In this document: piece by piece, positions 48,748 through 63,800 of the stretch
How the letters are laid out: the number at the start of each line of letters is the position of its first letter
How positions within the stretch are numbered: position 1 is the stretch's first letter
Assembly (NCBI GenBank): GCA_052426225.1
Contig: JBNJNM010000006.1
Location: 1,736,001-1,800,000, forward strand
DNA length: 64,000 nt
Origin: Zancudomyces culisetae HAW-14-8
Taxonomy: Eukaryota > Fungi > Kickxellomycota
Reading direction: 5' to 3'
Made by a program: the position numbers and the translations under genes
Notes under the pieces: model-generated
Database searches by the model: none
What the model was told of the DNA's origin: nothing
What the model saw: the letters and a program-made list of their open reading frames with translations, nothing else

Positions 48748-49164
48748 TTTTAAATTAACACCTTGTTCACGCAAATTAATATATATTTCTTTGCAAAATA
48801 TATGAGTATATAATATTTATTTATAGATTTTGGTGCGAGGCGGGAAGAAAGAATAGTGGAAAAGGGGGGGACAAAATATTGTAATTTAGCCTTAGCATCA
48901 AGTTTGATTTGTAGTCTTGGAATATGATTTGCGGTTTTATAGTACAAAAAAAATTTTCAGTATTAAATCAGCTTCGTTATTACGTTTTTTTTGGCTAAAT
49001 TGAAATTCAATAAAAAAATATAAATTACTGAAAGGTGATCGAGAAAAAAAAAATCAAATCGAATAATAATGAGTTGTAGTAGAATTGAACCAGATTTAAC
49101 TCGGGTGTTATTTAAGGCATGTTGTAATATTTAATTTAAAGAGGGTGGCTACTAATATCATCAT

Positions 49165-49200
49165 CACTATCACTATCACTATCACTATCACTATCACTAT
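49165..49200 (+). repeat. (CACTAT)6 microsatellite
   Basis: Direct reading. Confidence 0.9.
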
Positions 49201-50941
49201 ACAAGTAGGAGCTGGAGAATAACTCTTGGATATCATAATCAAACTACATGATAATGTTTATCAAACAAAATTATACCATCTATTTTTGTTTATTCAAACT
49301 TATTTTGCCCTTTTATAGAGGTTGGGAATAGTACATGGTATCAAACTTGGAGCACAGATGCATTTGCATAATTGTATGTTATGTACATTAAACAGTTTTT
49401 TTTAGGTCTAATATAGACACATACATAACATAGCATTGGAATAGTGATGAGCATAAGGGTGCAGTTGTGTAGTGAATTTGAATATTATCCTCATTATTTT
49501 GAGCTTTTTAAATATACGATACATCACCGAATATGAAATGGCTTGCTACAGGAACTAAAAGAAAGTTGTACTCGCCTATATCTACATGTATGTATTTTAT
49601 CTTTAATAATTGATTAAAATATTACAAGTGTGATATCTAGAAACAGATAAATGTCATGTACAGACTAACAGCCATTGCTTGAGAAGATTGAATTTGTTGT
49701 AAATTGATGAATGTTATGACTTTTATTGGAATCGTCTACTTTGTAAACTCTAGAGGAATACAGACATACAAAAAGAACGAGTAGAATATAACTATAGTGT
49801 TTATAGGTACCAACATTGTGGAAAAAAACTAAAAATAAATTGAGGTTGGATACATTTAAATTCAAAATTGCTGATACTTTATACTCCTGATAATAGTTTA
49901 TCCCTACTACCCCACAAATACTCAAAACTACGCCTTAAAATGATACCTCGAAGTTTGGATACAATTCTAAAGAATTGGAAATCGTTTGGTATGTTTTTTT
50001 TGTGTATGAATGGTATTACTTTTGCTCTCCAAAGCAGAAAAATATTTTTCAACAAAGAGATTGAATGGAGACAGAAAAAAGTAAGGTGGGATGATAGATA
50101 TGATTTTGGGATAAGGTTTTTATGGTTTTGAAGGTTTTGAAGGTGGGTGAATGAGGAGGGGAGAGAAGGGGAGGGGAGGGGGAGTGGTAATATCTTTATA
50201 TTTGTTTTTTATAAGAGCAGGTATCATCATAACCATAAAATGTGCAGTAAATAATAATGATGATAATAAAAACAGTCGGCATTATTTTTAGTGTTTTGCA
50301 TTGTACCAGTTAATATAAACTAGTGGATTTTATTTCTAAATAGTGATGGAATCTTGCAGAATAAAAAATAAGTAAATATACTGAATAAATATATTGAGCT
50401 GGGCAAAAATGTAGTTGGAGTATGTTGAACTTGAAAAAAAACGAAATGAAATAAAAGTTACAATAAAAAAATTTTTTTTTTTCTAAATTCCCCGTAATTT
50501 GCGCAGCCAAATGATTTATTTTTGCCCAATGTTTTCAATCAAATTACAATGCTAATATTTATTTTTGAGTTTGTAAATTATATAAACACAAATATAAAAA
50601 CAAATGCAACGTTAAAAGAATTGAAATATTTTTAAATATATTAACTGTTGGTGTAAAAGTGGTATATAGTCAAAATAGTTGTATGAAATATTGTAATTAG
50701 AAAAAGTAATACAAGAAGGAATTGGTATTTTGTAAACAATAACAGCAAAAAATACAACAACAATAATACTATAACGCATAAAAGTAAAAAGAATTCAGTA
50801 TAATATCTGCAAAAAAGTTTTTTTTTTGCCTTTTTGTGCAAGGTAAAAGAAAGCAAGGCTAGTGATTAAACAAAATCGAAGAGAAAAAAAAACATAAAGA
50901 TCATTAAAGGACTAAAGTATAGGAGAAAAAAAAAAGACAGA

Positions 50942-53900
50942 ATGACGATTATAAAGAAACAGAATCGTAAGAAGCTTAATTTTCCGGTAAGTATAAAAAA
51001 TATGAATACCCAAGTTTTAAATTGACTAAATAAAATTATTAGAGAAGTATACGAGGTGGAAGAAATAACAGTATAGTTAATAATTATAAAATATAATCTA
51101 AATAGCCAATTGAAATCTCTGAACTTCGGACAAAATTGGAAAAAGGAACGGAAGATGAAGTTGTGGCAGCAATAGCAACGGTGAAGGAGTGGCCGTTTAG
51201 CAGGAGTGATTTTTTCCATTGGATAAAGGTTCTAAATAGATTTGACGAGATTTTGGAGAGAGTAGTAAAGACCTTTGAACTCAAGCAGCCAGTGACACAT
51301 ATAGCGAGAAAGGAGATAGATGAGGATAGCGTAAAGATTGTGTGTTCAGTTTTGGAATTTACAAAGCTGCTGACTGAGAATTGCGTGAACAAGAACATCT
51401 ACTCCTCAGTGGGGCGGTTGTTGGACTTGATGAACACAACTGATCTAAGGATCATTGAAAGAACTATAAAGCTGTTGATAGTACTGTCACAGAAGGGAAA
51501 TTTCCAGCAAGCAATTAGGCAGCGGATGTCAGAATTGATGCCACAGCTGCGAGTTCTTTCAGAGCCATGGGGGTTGGAGAAATACTACGAGGAATTAAAG
51601 GAAGAAGAAGGTAAAAATAAGAGTGTAGCGGTGCAGCAGGTCAATGAATACAAGTACGTGATCAAGAATGGAGGAAAGATAAAGAAGAGTGAGGCAGGAG
51701 TGACTATTGACTTTAGTTTTTACAGGACAGCAGCCGAGGCGCTGAAAATAGTAAAAAAGAGTGAAATAGAAAAGATAGAGACATCTGGAGGAGGAACCAA
51801 CACGAAACCGCAAAAGGCGAGTGGGGGAGTGGTTTCAAGCAAGCGTAAAGGCTTGGTCAGGAGCGGGTCAGGAAAGAAGGTTGCAGGAAGAGGGTCAAGT
51901 GTTGGAAGCGAGGCGGGAGTTATTGCAGAGGGACTAGTAAATATTTGTATAGCAGTAAAAATGGTACGGGAGATGACGGAGCAGCAAGTGTTTGAAAAAA
52001 TAGCCAAACAGTATCACGTGCCACATTCTAGACACTTAGAATTATACCAAAAGGTTAGGATAGGCATGGTATTGGCCGAAGGAAGTCGGGAGAAGCGAGA
52101 GCAATTGCTGAGTGTTAGGATAAATGCAATAGCGCTTATAGCGACACTTGGGACAAAGCCGGAGTTCAAGGCAAATGTGTTGAAGTTCCAGCCAAAAATC
52201 TCGCCAGATATAGTAGAGTTACTGCAGGACGAGTCAGGAGCAGGTTTGGAGATATGTACAGTGGCGTTGGGATGTCTAGAGTCACTTTTGAAGCAACAAA
52301 GTGAGGTTGCAGCGATATATAGCGCGCTTAATATAACAGCCAATCACGGGATCCTGATGAATATTCTTAGAAAGGTGTTTGCAGGCAAGGTGAAAGGAAA
52401 AGTTAAGTACAACAAGGAGTTTAGACAGTGTTTGTATAGCTTGGTGACGTATATAATAACGGATCTAAACGGAGGACGGATGTTGATATCAGCAGGGATG
52501 ATGCAGGTGTTGGTGGATTCATTAAAAAACCGAGACAGCGAGTACAAGTGGGACGTTGGGCGGGTGACAAGAATAATAGAGAATTTGGTATCGACACCCA
52601 GGAGTGGATTTGGGGCATTTTGTGGATGTGATGGAGTGACAGTGGTAGTGGAGAGGATAAGCAACGAGGTAGGCGAGATGATAGAGTATGAAGGGAAAGT
52701 CAGCGAGGAGGAGTTTAAGGTGTTTTCGGTGGCGCCAACACAAGTTCCAAAGTATCCAAGCAGTCTTGAGGAGCAGTACCGACGACCAGAGATAGTGAAT
52801 ACAACGCAGGGAACGCTGCTGAAAGAGTTGTTCAAGTTGTTATCCAAGATGATAGCAAACAATGGGATGCAAGATCGATTACGGAATCTAGTAGAAGGCA
52901 GTCTGCCAAAGTCACTTGGACAAATATTTCAGCATCCAGTTAGTTTTGGGGGATTGGTATATGGGCATGCGGTGGATCTGATGGCAAACATGGTGCACAA
53001 CGAGCCAACAAGCCTTTTGGTACTTCAAGAGTCTAAACTTCCACAGACATTTTTGAAGTCGATAGAGGAGCATATTCCATATTCTGGCGATGTGTTGATG
53101 GCAATTCCGAATGGATTGGGGGCGATTTGTTTGAACAGTGCGGGACTGAAGATGTTTTCGGAATCCAAGATACTGGATGTGATGTTTGGAGTGTTTACTG
53201 ATTTTAATTTTGTAAAGATACTACAGGAAGGAGACATTCCGGGAACCTTGGGAGTGGGAATAGATGAGTTTATGCGGCATTTCCCGAGTGTGAAAGAGGA
53301 AATAATGGAAAAGATAATAGCAATGTTGAACAAGCTGGAGAGGTTGGGAAGGGAGGGGAAAGAATTGGCAGAGCTTAATCCAGGGAATACGCAGTTGTTT
53401 AGAAATGACAAGCAGTTGGAGAGTAAGGATCAGTTGGTAGATATATACAACTTTATGGTGGAGTCAGCATTTACATTTTTGGAAGGGTTGTTTCAACAAC
53501 GAACGCAGAACGAGTTGTTTTTGGAGAAGAAGGGGTGGGAAACGACGTTGAAGCTGCTGGGGTCGCGGCAAATGCCATTTAACTGGGTTGGAACGAGAAC
53601 AGTCAAGTCGATTTCGGGGGTGTGTGAGGCATTAGTATCTACAATACCAGAGGTAGTGTTTGAAGGGATGGTTAAGGCGTTGATACAAGTGGTAGATAAG
53701 CCAGGATTCAAAATGGTACTTGAACAAGATCTTTTGAAGCAAGTTAAACAGATATTGAAAGAAGGTGAAGGTGAAGGGGAAGGTGAAGGGGAAAAATTGA
53801 TAGAGAGTTTGGAGGAAAAGCTGTGTAGTTTGACAGAATTGTCAGGGTTGATTTCGTTGTCGGTATTTCAATTTTCAAGCACATCAGCAGCTGAGAGCAA

Positions 53901-56900
53901 GAGTATAGTGATGTTTGTTCAGGAGATGAGTAAAGGGAAGGGACGAGAAATGATGGAGAACTTAACCAAGGTGTATTTGAAGATACTGGAATTGGAGTTG
54001 TATATGGCAGAATGTATGGAGAAGGTAAAAGAAATAGAAAAGGAAAAGAACAAGGAGAAAGAGAAGGAGAAAGAGAAAGAGTTAGAAAAAGAGTTAGAGA
54101 AAGAAAAAGAAATAAAGAAAACAGATGCAAGTCGATATTGTGCAAATGTAAAGATTATAAGCGAGGTGGCGGGAAAGGTAGGAACGAGTTTATTGCAACT
54201 GTTTTTAAATGTGACAAAGTATATTGGACCAAAGAGAACAACGCCAGTGGAATCAGAAGAAGATTTTGCAAGGGTATCGTCGATATTTTCACAGCTGCTT
54301 ATGGAGGCAATGAAAAAGTCTATAGGGTTGGGAGAAGAGATAGAGAGAAGTATAATGCAAGGAACGCCGGATTATGAAAATTTGTTGAGTGAGCTTCGAT
54401 ATATCAATTCAGCAGTGGGATCAACGACAATGATGTTGATCGAGGACAAGTCGCGAACATTTATACAGGCGTCGATACTATTGCCGTTTTGTATTAAACA
54501 AGGAATTCCACGGCTTTTGGAGTTGATTTCGAAGGTTTTGACGATATATGAGCAGTGTGTGAGCAAAGGAATAACAAGGAATGCGGAGGGAACAGAAGTT
54601 GCAGGAGGAGGAGGAGGAGAAAGCACAGGAATTACGGCGCAAAACAAGTTTGTAGAGTTGTTGGATAATACGTTTGAGATGTTACTGACGATTTTGCATT
54701 TCCTAACCAACACAAACCTGCTGGCAGACTGTGTGTATGTGGCGTATATGAAGCCAAATACAGAGGAGTTGAAGAACAGTGAGTATTTTGTGGGAAGTAA
54801 TAAAGAGTTTTCGGCAGCGTTGGTATCGGCCAAGATTAAACGAGAGGTATTTCCATTGGTGAAGAGGGTATATTTTTCAAGTTCAGTTCCAGAGTTTAGT
54901 ACGAATTGTATGGATTCTTTATTGGCGTGTATGGGAGTGTTGATAAAGGGTAATATCGACAATTTGGTTGATACAATTAAGACTGCGAGAAATATGAGAG
55001 AAGAAGCAGGTATCGGGATGGGAATTGGTATGGGAATGGGGATGGGAGTGGGAGTGGGGATGGGAATTGGAAATCAAGCATCGTTTTATGAGAGTTTATA
55101 TATACCATTGGATACAGTACGTAGTCGTCAAAATGTAGAAGGTGGATTGGGGGTGGGAGTGGGGGTGGGAGTGGAAGGAGGAAGTGGGGCAAGTGGAGCA
55201 ATAGTAAGGCCAGGGACACAGAGAGAAACTCCCGGATTTGTGGTTAATCAGAATCATGTTGCAGATTTAGTATCGATAGGATTTGAGCGACGGAATGTGG
55301 AAGAGGCATTGCGGTTGACATTTAATAGTTTGGATAGAGCAGCGGATTATTTGGTAACGAGAATGATGAATGCAACAGCTACAAATGAAGAACAAGGAAG
55401 AGAAGGTGAAGGTGAAGGAGAAGGAGAAGGAGAAGGAGGTAATGAAACAGTAGTTCCTATGGAACAAGACAGTGTACAAGAAGAATCTGTAGAGTCAGCT
55501 CGACAAGATGATAATGTTGGAGAGCAGACAGAGAATATAGATGAAGGAGATAATAACAAGAAAAAGGAGGTAGCAGAGGCAGAAGCAGAATCTGAGAAAA
55601 AGAAAGAGACAGGGACAGGAGTGGAGGATATGGTAGTCGATAGCGAAAAAAAACTGATAGAACAAGTTACAGAGCTTCAAGAAAAGCTAATAGCACAGCG
55701 AGCCGATTTGGAGGAGAGTATTCCAGGGCGGATAGTAGAATTAGTGACGGTAACAAGGGGCAAATTTAAACAACAACTGATCCATTTGGTAGTTTTGGTG
55801 ACGAAAAAGGTGGGGAAAGTAACGGATAAAATGTTTGAGGAGTTGTTTAGTGGATTGAAAAGGAGTGCGAGCGAGGTAATGTCAGGAGAGGAAGGAGAAG
55901 AAGGGATTAAAAAATCGAACGAGCTGTTTTATCAAGCGACGTTCTGGGCGATTATACTGAGCGATCCGACATTAGGAACGCAGTTTGAGGGATGGGCGGG
56001 ACAAGTGGTGGAGCCGTTGGTGGAGATAATGAATAAGATGGTAAGGTCGGAGAGTGTGGTAGAGTATTGCAATTATGCGAGTGCGATATTTTTGGTGTTT
56101 TGTACATATTTGAGGATGGTTAATGAACCGAAAAGTGTTAATCAAAGTCAAACTCTGAATGAAAATGGAAAAGAAAAAGAAAGTGAAGGTGAAAAAGAGA
56201 AAGAAAAAGAAAGTGAAAAAGAAATGGAAAACAAAAAGAAAAAGGAGCAATGTGAGCACACAAACAAAATAAGCCAATTGACGATAGAAATACTGGCAAA
56301 AGTGAGTAGTGGGAAGGTTAGTATGGAGCGAGAGATGCGAATGTCATTCTTCCGGTTGATTGCATATCTGACACGAGGCGAGGAGTTTAGTAGCAAGCTG
56401 GTAGGAGAGGCGGGATCAGGGTTGGTGGGAATATTGAGGTTGATAAAGAGGATTTCGGGGACAACAGAGATGGAAGGGATGGAAATGAACGATGCGACAT
56501 TGACGGCAGAGAATATGGTGAAGAAGATGATAACGAAGGTTAGCCAGACGGGGATAGTGGGGCAGTTGAAGCAGGAGCGAGTGTTACTGATGCATATAGT
56601 TCGACATGTGATAGAGACGGCAGGGGTGTTGAAGAATTCGATGGCGATTCGGGTGTACATGTTTTTGGAGGCGAATCAGTTCCGATATCCAGATGTGTCA
56701 GGGTTTCTTCGGGCGAATTCAAGTGTGGTGTTGCGGAATCCAGATTTGTTTGTAGAGTTGGCAGCCAAGCATTGTTCAGCGATGAATTTTGAGGGACCAG
56801 CCGCAAGTACAAATGGAAATTCAGCATCAACATCAGCATCAGCATCAGCGATGGCGAAGGCAAATAATGTAAAGGTAGGATGGAGACATTTGGAGCCATT

Positions 56901-59900
56901 TTCAGGAGACGAGATTGAGTACTATGCAAGTAGTTGTAAAGAGGTAGAAGAGATGGTAGAAGTAAAAGACCAGCAGAAAAAGCTTGAAGAGATAAAGAAG
57001 GAGTTGGAGAGCAGAGACAAAGTAGTCGACCATTCAGAAGAAGTATGTGAGGCGGATGTAGAGAAGAGTAAGCAGTTGGTGAGTGTAATAGTGGAGGAGT
57101 TGTTGGCAACAAAGAGCGAAGGAGGAAATGCGGGTAATAGCAGTGGTAGTGGTGGTAGTGGTGGTGGTAGCGCGGCAGAGCATATGGTGGGGATAAAGGG
57201 GAAACAGCAGGTGGATAAAGAGGCGATGGTGGAGAATGTAGAGCTGACGGCGTACCGGTGTTTTTTGATTCAGTTGTTGGTGGAGATATTTAGCAACTAT
57301 TCGTTTACAATTCCGGCAGTACTTGTGGCCAAACAGCAAAACAGCATGCAACATCGATCACCGTTGATAAGTTTTTTGGTGCATGATATGACGGTTCGGG
57401 AGGCATCAACGTATGCGTTATCGATGGCGTATAGCGAGACGTTTGATAAGAACATGACTGTGGATAAGTTGGTGGATGACGAGAGCAAGATTGACGAGAA
57501 GAACTACAAGTCTGTGAAGAGGATATTGTATTTGTTGCGGGCGGATTTGTGTAATAATCAGATATATTGGGCTAGAACGCTATTGGATGTATTGTGTCCA
57601 TCGAGTGATGTTGTTCTTTATGATCCGTTGGTGGAATTTACTATAAACAATAAACCAAAACCAAAGACACAAACACAACAAACACAAACACAACAACAGA
57701 CACAAACACAAACACAACAACAGACACAACTTGGACAGGCTATTGAAGCATCTAGACAATTGGTACTTGATCATATAGCTAGAGCATTTAGAGAGACGTT
57801 GGCATGTGCACCAAGTGGAATTGATGGAGTTACAACAACAATGACACTACTGGAAATTACATATAGTCGATTGAAAGCACTTTCAAGGTTGCTAATATTA
57901 TTACTGGCAGAAACCTCAACAAATCCAAATGCAAACTCAAATGCAAATGCAAAAGATAAGACAAGTGAGAATTCCAAGTCATTGGTAATGGGAAAGATGA
58001 TATTGGAAAAGGGATTTTTCGAGATGATATTGACTGCGACTAGTCGGCTAGATTTGAACAATCCAAGCAGCAAGGAGGTGTTGAATTGTTTGATGAAGCC
58101 GCTGGACCAGCTGAGTCAAGCAGCTTTGAAGTTGAATTCAAAGTTGGCGTCAAAGTATTTGGAGGCGACAAAGTCGATTGACATAGATTATTCGGCGATT
58201 GATGGGTTATCGGAAGATGACATTCCACCGGATTTGTATATGAATTCAGCGTTGGGGTTGGTTCATGGAGATGCGATAACGGAGGCGTTGAGAGAGGATA
58301 GTGATATGTATTCATCGGATAGTATGTCGTTTACTGAGTATTATGACGAGAGAAGTTCAATGTCAGAGATGGATTCGGATCAATCGGATGAGGATGATGA
58401 AGAAGACGGAGACGGAGAGAGTGTAGATGGAGATGAAGAAGTAGTGGATGATGATGATATGGATGATATAGAGGGAATGGAGATGGGAGTAGGAGGAGGA
58501 AGGCGAGGAAGGGGAAGAGGAGGATCTATTGATGATGACGATATGTTGGATGATGAATTAGCAGAATGGAACCGTAGTGATGATGATGATGATGAACGTG
58601 AGGATGATGATGATGATGAAGATGATGGAATTGAAGCGTTTCCAACCGAATTGATTCGAGAACTGGAACAGATAGTTGAAGAAGACGATTCAGAGTTGGA
58701 TATGGATATGTCAATGAGAACAAATCTACAACAACAAAACCAACAACAACAGCAAAATCGTCGTCATCAGACATACACAAATTCACCACATTTACCACCT
58801 GGATCAATCCAAGATGGAATTTCAGCACAAGAACTTGGTAGAGAAACAAGAAATTTGGATTTGAATTTAGACATGGATTTGGACATGGATTTGGATTTAG
58901 ATTTAGATATGGAGTTGGAGTTGGATGGTTCTTCAATGAGAAGAAATCCAGCAAATAGTAGTAATGTTCATCAAATGTTGAGTTCAGTTGTGGATAGTGT
59001 GTTTGAACGAACACGTGATGGTATTCCTGGAAGTCTTCGATTTACAGCGATTGGAGGAGGTAGAGGAGGAGGAGGAGGAGGAGGGAGAGGAAGAGATGTG
59101 AATATACCGGATAATCAAATAGCGAGGAGAATTGTGATAACTGAACAAGTACCTGATGAATTGGAGACATCGTTTAATGAAGCAGGAGGAGTAGGAGTAG
59201 GAGGGTATGGTACTCAGTATTATCGGAATAGTGGAGGTGCAAGAAATAATCGTTCGCGATTAGGAGGAGGAGGAGGAAGTGATAGGTATGGAGGAACGGA
59301 ATGGATGGAGTTTGAGTTTGATGATGGAAATATACGAATTGGAGGAAATAGTGGCAACAACAACAATGAAGATGATGATGAGATTAGTGATGATGAAGAT
59401 GATGAAGGAGATAGTGAGGATGATGAAGATGATGACGATGATGATGACGATGATGATGATGATGGTGAAGAAGATGAGGACGAGTTGATGGATTTTGGAT
59501 TGGGAAATGTGCGGTATGGGGTTGATGGAGGAATTAGTCGTGGATTAGGAATGGGGATGGGAATAGGGATTAATAGTGGATTTGATACACATTTGCGTGG
59601 AAGAGGAATAGGAATAGGAATAGGAATGGGAATGGGAATAGGAGGAATAGGAATAGGAGGAATAGAAGGAGCAGGAGGAGTAGGAGTTAGTTATTCATCA
59701 CTGGGTCGATTGGATACACAAACGCCACACAATTTGGGAGACCAGTTGGTACATTCACTGGGAACACATGTGTTGAACAATGAGTTTAGGCGGTCATCGA
59801 CGTTGTTGTTTGCACCGAATGTTAATTTGAGTCATGGATTGGCGCATCCGTTGATGGCGGTAGATGCGGGAAATAGCATAGCTACACTGCATCGATTGAC

Positions 59901-60823
59901 TCGAGGTTCGCTTGGTGGTGGTGGTGGTAGTGGGTTGCCACATTCGCGAAATTCGTTGGCTAGACGAGGGCTTGTTAATGTGAGTGTTACTGAAAGTGAG
60001 CCTATTCGGGCCAGCATGATGGATACAGAAACCTTGCAATCACAATCACAATCACAATCACAGACACAATCACAGACACAGTCACCAGTTAGTTTGGAGG
60101 TACCAAAAGAAAAGCAAGATGAAAAAGAAAAGACAGATGAAAAGCAAGATGAAAAAGTAAAAGTCGAGGAAGCTAGTAATAATATTCGACCAATGTTTCA
60201 ACAGATAATAAACATTTCACAATTGGTAGTGATGATGGCGTTGTCGGTGCGGGCAATATCAAGCAACACACCATTGTATACACATGAGCGGTGGCAGCAA
60301 GAGACGTATTTGTGGTATGAGGGGATGAGTTCTGATCGATCGGTTAGGATGTCGACGGTTGTTTCGAATAGGTTGTGGGAGGCTGCGAGGGTGGAGTATG
60401 AGAAGGCGCAGAAGATTACTGATGCGTTGGAGAGTCTTTCCAAGTCCTTGATGAAAAAGAGGGAAGTGTTGAGATTGGAAAGAGAAAAGAAAGAAAAAGA
60501 AAAAGAGGAGAAAGAAAAAGAGAAAGAGAAAGAGAAAGAGAAAGAAAAAGAAAAGGAGAAAGAAAAAGAAAAGCAAAAAGAGGAAGAGGAGAATGAGGAG
60601 GAGGAGGAGGAGAAAAAGGAGGAAGAAGAAAAAGCTGAAACCAGTGTTCAAGATACTCAAAGCGAGCCAATACTTGTTGAAATTGATGGGGAAATGGTAA
60701 ATATAGCCAATTTAGGAATCGATTTAGAGTTTATACAAGCTATTCCCAATGAAATGCGAAGAGAAGTATTAGCACAAAGAATGAATGAATTGGAAGCAGA
60801 AACTAGAAGGAACAACAATACTT

Positions 60824-60872
<49 letters not shown>

Positions 60873-63800
60873 CATACCTGCTACTACTATACCTGCTACT
60901 GTCCCTACCACTACTACTGGTGCTACTGCTACTGCTACTATACCTGCTACTACTGGTGCTACTACTGCTACTACTGCTACTAATAATGAGAGTTCTACTC
61001 AACGTGTTTCAACTCAAGTTAGTAGAGAATTTCTTGATGCACTTCCACCAGATATTAGACAAGAAGTTATTGAACAACAACGGTTATTACAGACTTTACA
61101 AGCACGACAGGAACAACATAGACTAAGACAACAACAACAAGGATTAAGACGAGCAGGAGCAGGATCGGGATCGGGAACAGGATTAGAGGCAGGAGTAGGA
61201 ACAGGAGTAGCAACAGATTTAGAAACGACTACAGGTTTGACAAGAGAGACAGAACCGAATCAACAACTGTTAAATATCATGACGTCAGTACGTAATATGC
61301 TTGGAGGAGAGAATTCGAGATCTGAAAACACATTTACAGAACGAGTTTTGGAAGGAACAACGAGTCGACGAGATACAATGTCAGATTTCATACATTTCAG
61401 TAACCATCTCGGGCGAGATAGAGACAGAGATAGAGACAGAGATCGGGGGATAAGGAGCCAACTACTAAATCGAGTAATGAATCCACATCTGACTGGACAT
61501 ATACGACGACAAGACAACAGCAACAACAACAGCAACAACAATGATAATGATAATGACAATGGAAATGCACAAACAAAGCAAGAGAGCAAGCCAAGTGATC
61601 GGGACAAGATGGTTCAGATATTGAGTACGGCGGAGCTGGTGAGTTTGGTGCGATTTTTGTTTTTGCCAAAGGGGATGGTGGTGGACCAGATGGTATCCAA
61701 GACACTGAACAACCTGTGTGAAAATCCAAAGACTCGGAGTGATTACATAGCGATGGTGCTGATGTTATTGTCGAATGAGTGTAATAGTTTTGAGAAGGTT
61801 GAGCAGTTTTTGAATCAAAAGATTGTTAGTGAAACGCCAAGTGTTGTTGAAACTCTAGATGGAAACACAAATACAAACACAAATACAAACACAAACAATA
61901 ATAATAGTGTTAGTGTTAATGTTAATGTTAATGGTGGTGTGTTTTTATTGACGAAATTGCATTGTTTGGCTGCTACTCATTCTCCAATATTGACTTGTTT
62001 GGATTCGTTGATTCAATTGACAAGAAAGAATCCAAGAGCAGCTTTATATTTCTTGTTGGAACCCAACAACAACAACAACAACAACAACAACAGTAATAAT
62101 AATAATAATAGCAATGTTAGCTTGATGAAGAGTAACGAGACATCAACATCAATTACAGGAGGAAATAATGAGCAAGTATCCAAGAGCCCATTAGTTGATC
62201 TACTAATGTTATTACAACGGCCATTTTATTATGGATCAGATCCACAAATTACAGAATCACTGGTACACTTACTATCGCTAGTAACCAAGCCATTACCACT
62301 ATGGGCAAAAGCACCAGCTAGCCACAAACATGATAGACAGTTGTTACTGCCAGTGATTCCAAAGCAGGCGTTAAAGGCGGTGGTGAATGTGTTGTGTGCA
62401 GGGGAATGTACCAGCAAGACGTTGCAAAACACGTTGGTGCTGATTCAGCATTTGTTGTGTTTGGATAATGCGCTACCAGTGATAATGACCGAGTTGACGG
62501 AATCGATATTTAAGCATATCGAGCTTGCGAGTCGGGATTTGGTTAAGCTTAATTTGTTGATGGAGAAGGAGGTCAAGGATTTGGATGATATTCAAAGGCT
62601 GACACTTTCTTCTTTTACTTTGCCTTCTTCGCTACAGGCACGGATTTTGAGATTGCTTAAAGCTACTGATTATATTTTATCAAAGAAACGAACCAGTACA
62701 ATTTTGAACGAAGAAGAACAAGAAAAAGAAAAAGAGAAAAAGGAAAAAGAGAAAAAAGAAAAAGAAAAAAATATGGAGATAGAAACAGAAACAGAAAAAG
62801 GAGCAGAAAAAGAAAAAGAAAAAGGTACAGAAGCAACAACGTCAGTGGCATCAAATATTGCGGCCAAACTGACCGGTGATTATATCAAAGAGGTTGAAAA
62901 GAGTTTGTGGAAATCGCCATTGTTTATAGAACTGTGGACATTGTTGGGAAAGAGTTTGACGTATATCCAACAAACACAGGACTTGACACATATGGCGTCA
63001 GTGTTATTACCATTAATAGAGTCGTTTATGGTAGTATCTAAACCTCATGTTCATCGACCCTCTTCAACTGGTTCTATTTCTTCTTCTCCTTCTGTTACAA
63101 CAACAACAACAACAAGTGGTAAATCTGAAGATTTATTGTTTTTGAATTTTACAGATACTCATAAAAAGATTCTCAATACGCTAGTCCGGTCCAATCCCAA
63201 CCTATTAAGTGGGTCGTTTTCGTTGTTGGTACACAACCCTCGGGTGCTTGAATTCGATAACAAGCGGTCGTATTTCTACCAAAAGTTGGCGACAGCAACG
63301 GTCAATGACGACAATCGGTACAGTGCAGTGACGCTGAATTTGAATGTTCGAAGACAGTATGTATTTGAAGACAGTTTCCACCAGTTTGCGGGTAAATCAG
63401 GGGCGGAAATCCGGCATGGGAAATTGAATGTCAAGTTTTATGAGGAGGAGGGAGTTGATGCAGGAGGCGTTACTAGAGAATGGTTTACGGTGCTTTCGCG
63501 GCAAATGTTTAATCCAGACTATGCGTTGTTCAAGCCTAGTGCTGCTGACAAGATTACGTACCAGCCAAATCCTCAGAGCTGGGCCAATCCGGACCATTTG
63601 TTGTATTTCAAATTTGTCGGTCGGATTATTGGCAAGGCTATTTGTGACCAACGGCTGTTTGATGCGTATTTTACACGGTCGTTCTACAAACATATGTTGG
63701 GAAGACCTGTGGATTATAAGGATATGGAGGCGGTTGATCCGGAATATTTCAAGTCGCTGCAGTGGATTTTGGACAATGATATAACCGATATTGTTGACGA

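Noticed and set aside
49069-50130. Exon-like fragments (ATG-SCSRIEPDLTRVLFK...), considered as a pseudogene or selenoprotein
   Set aside because: All frames contain TAA/TAG stops, with no recognisable family, redox motif or SECIS.
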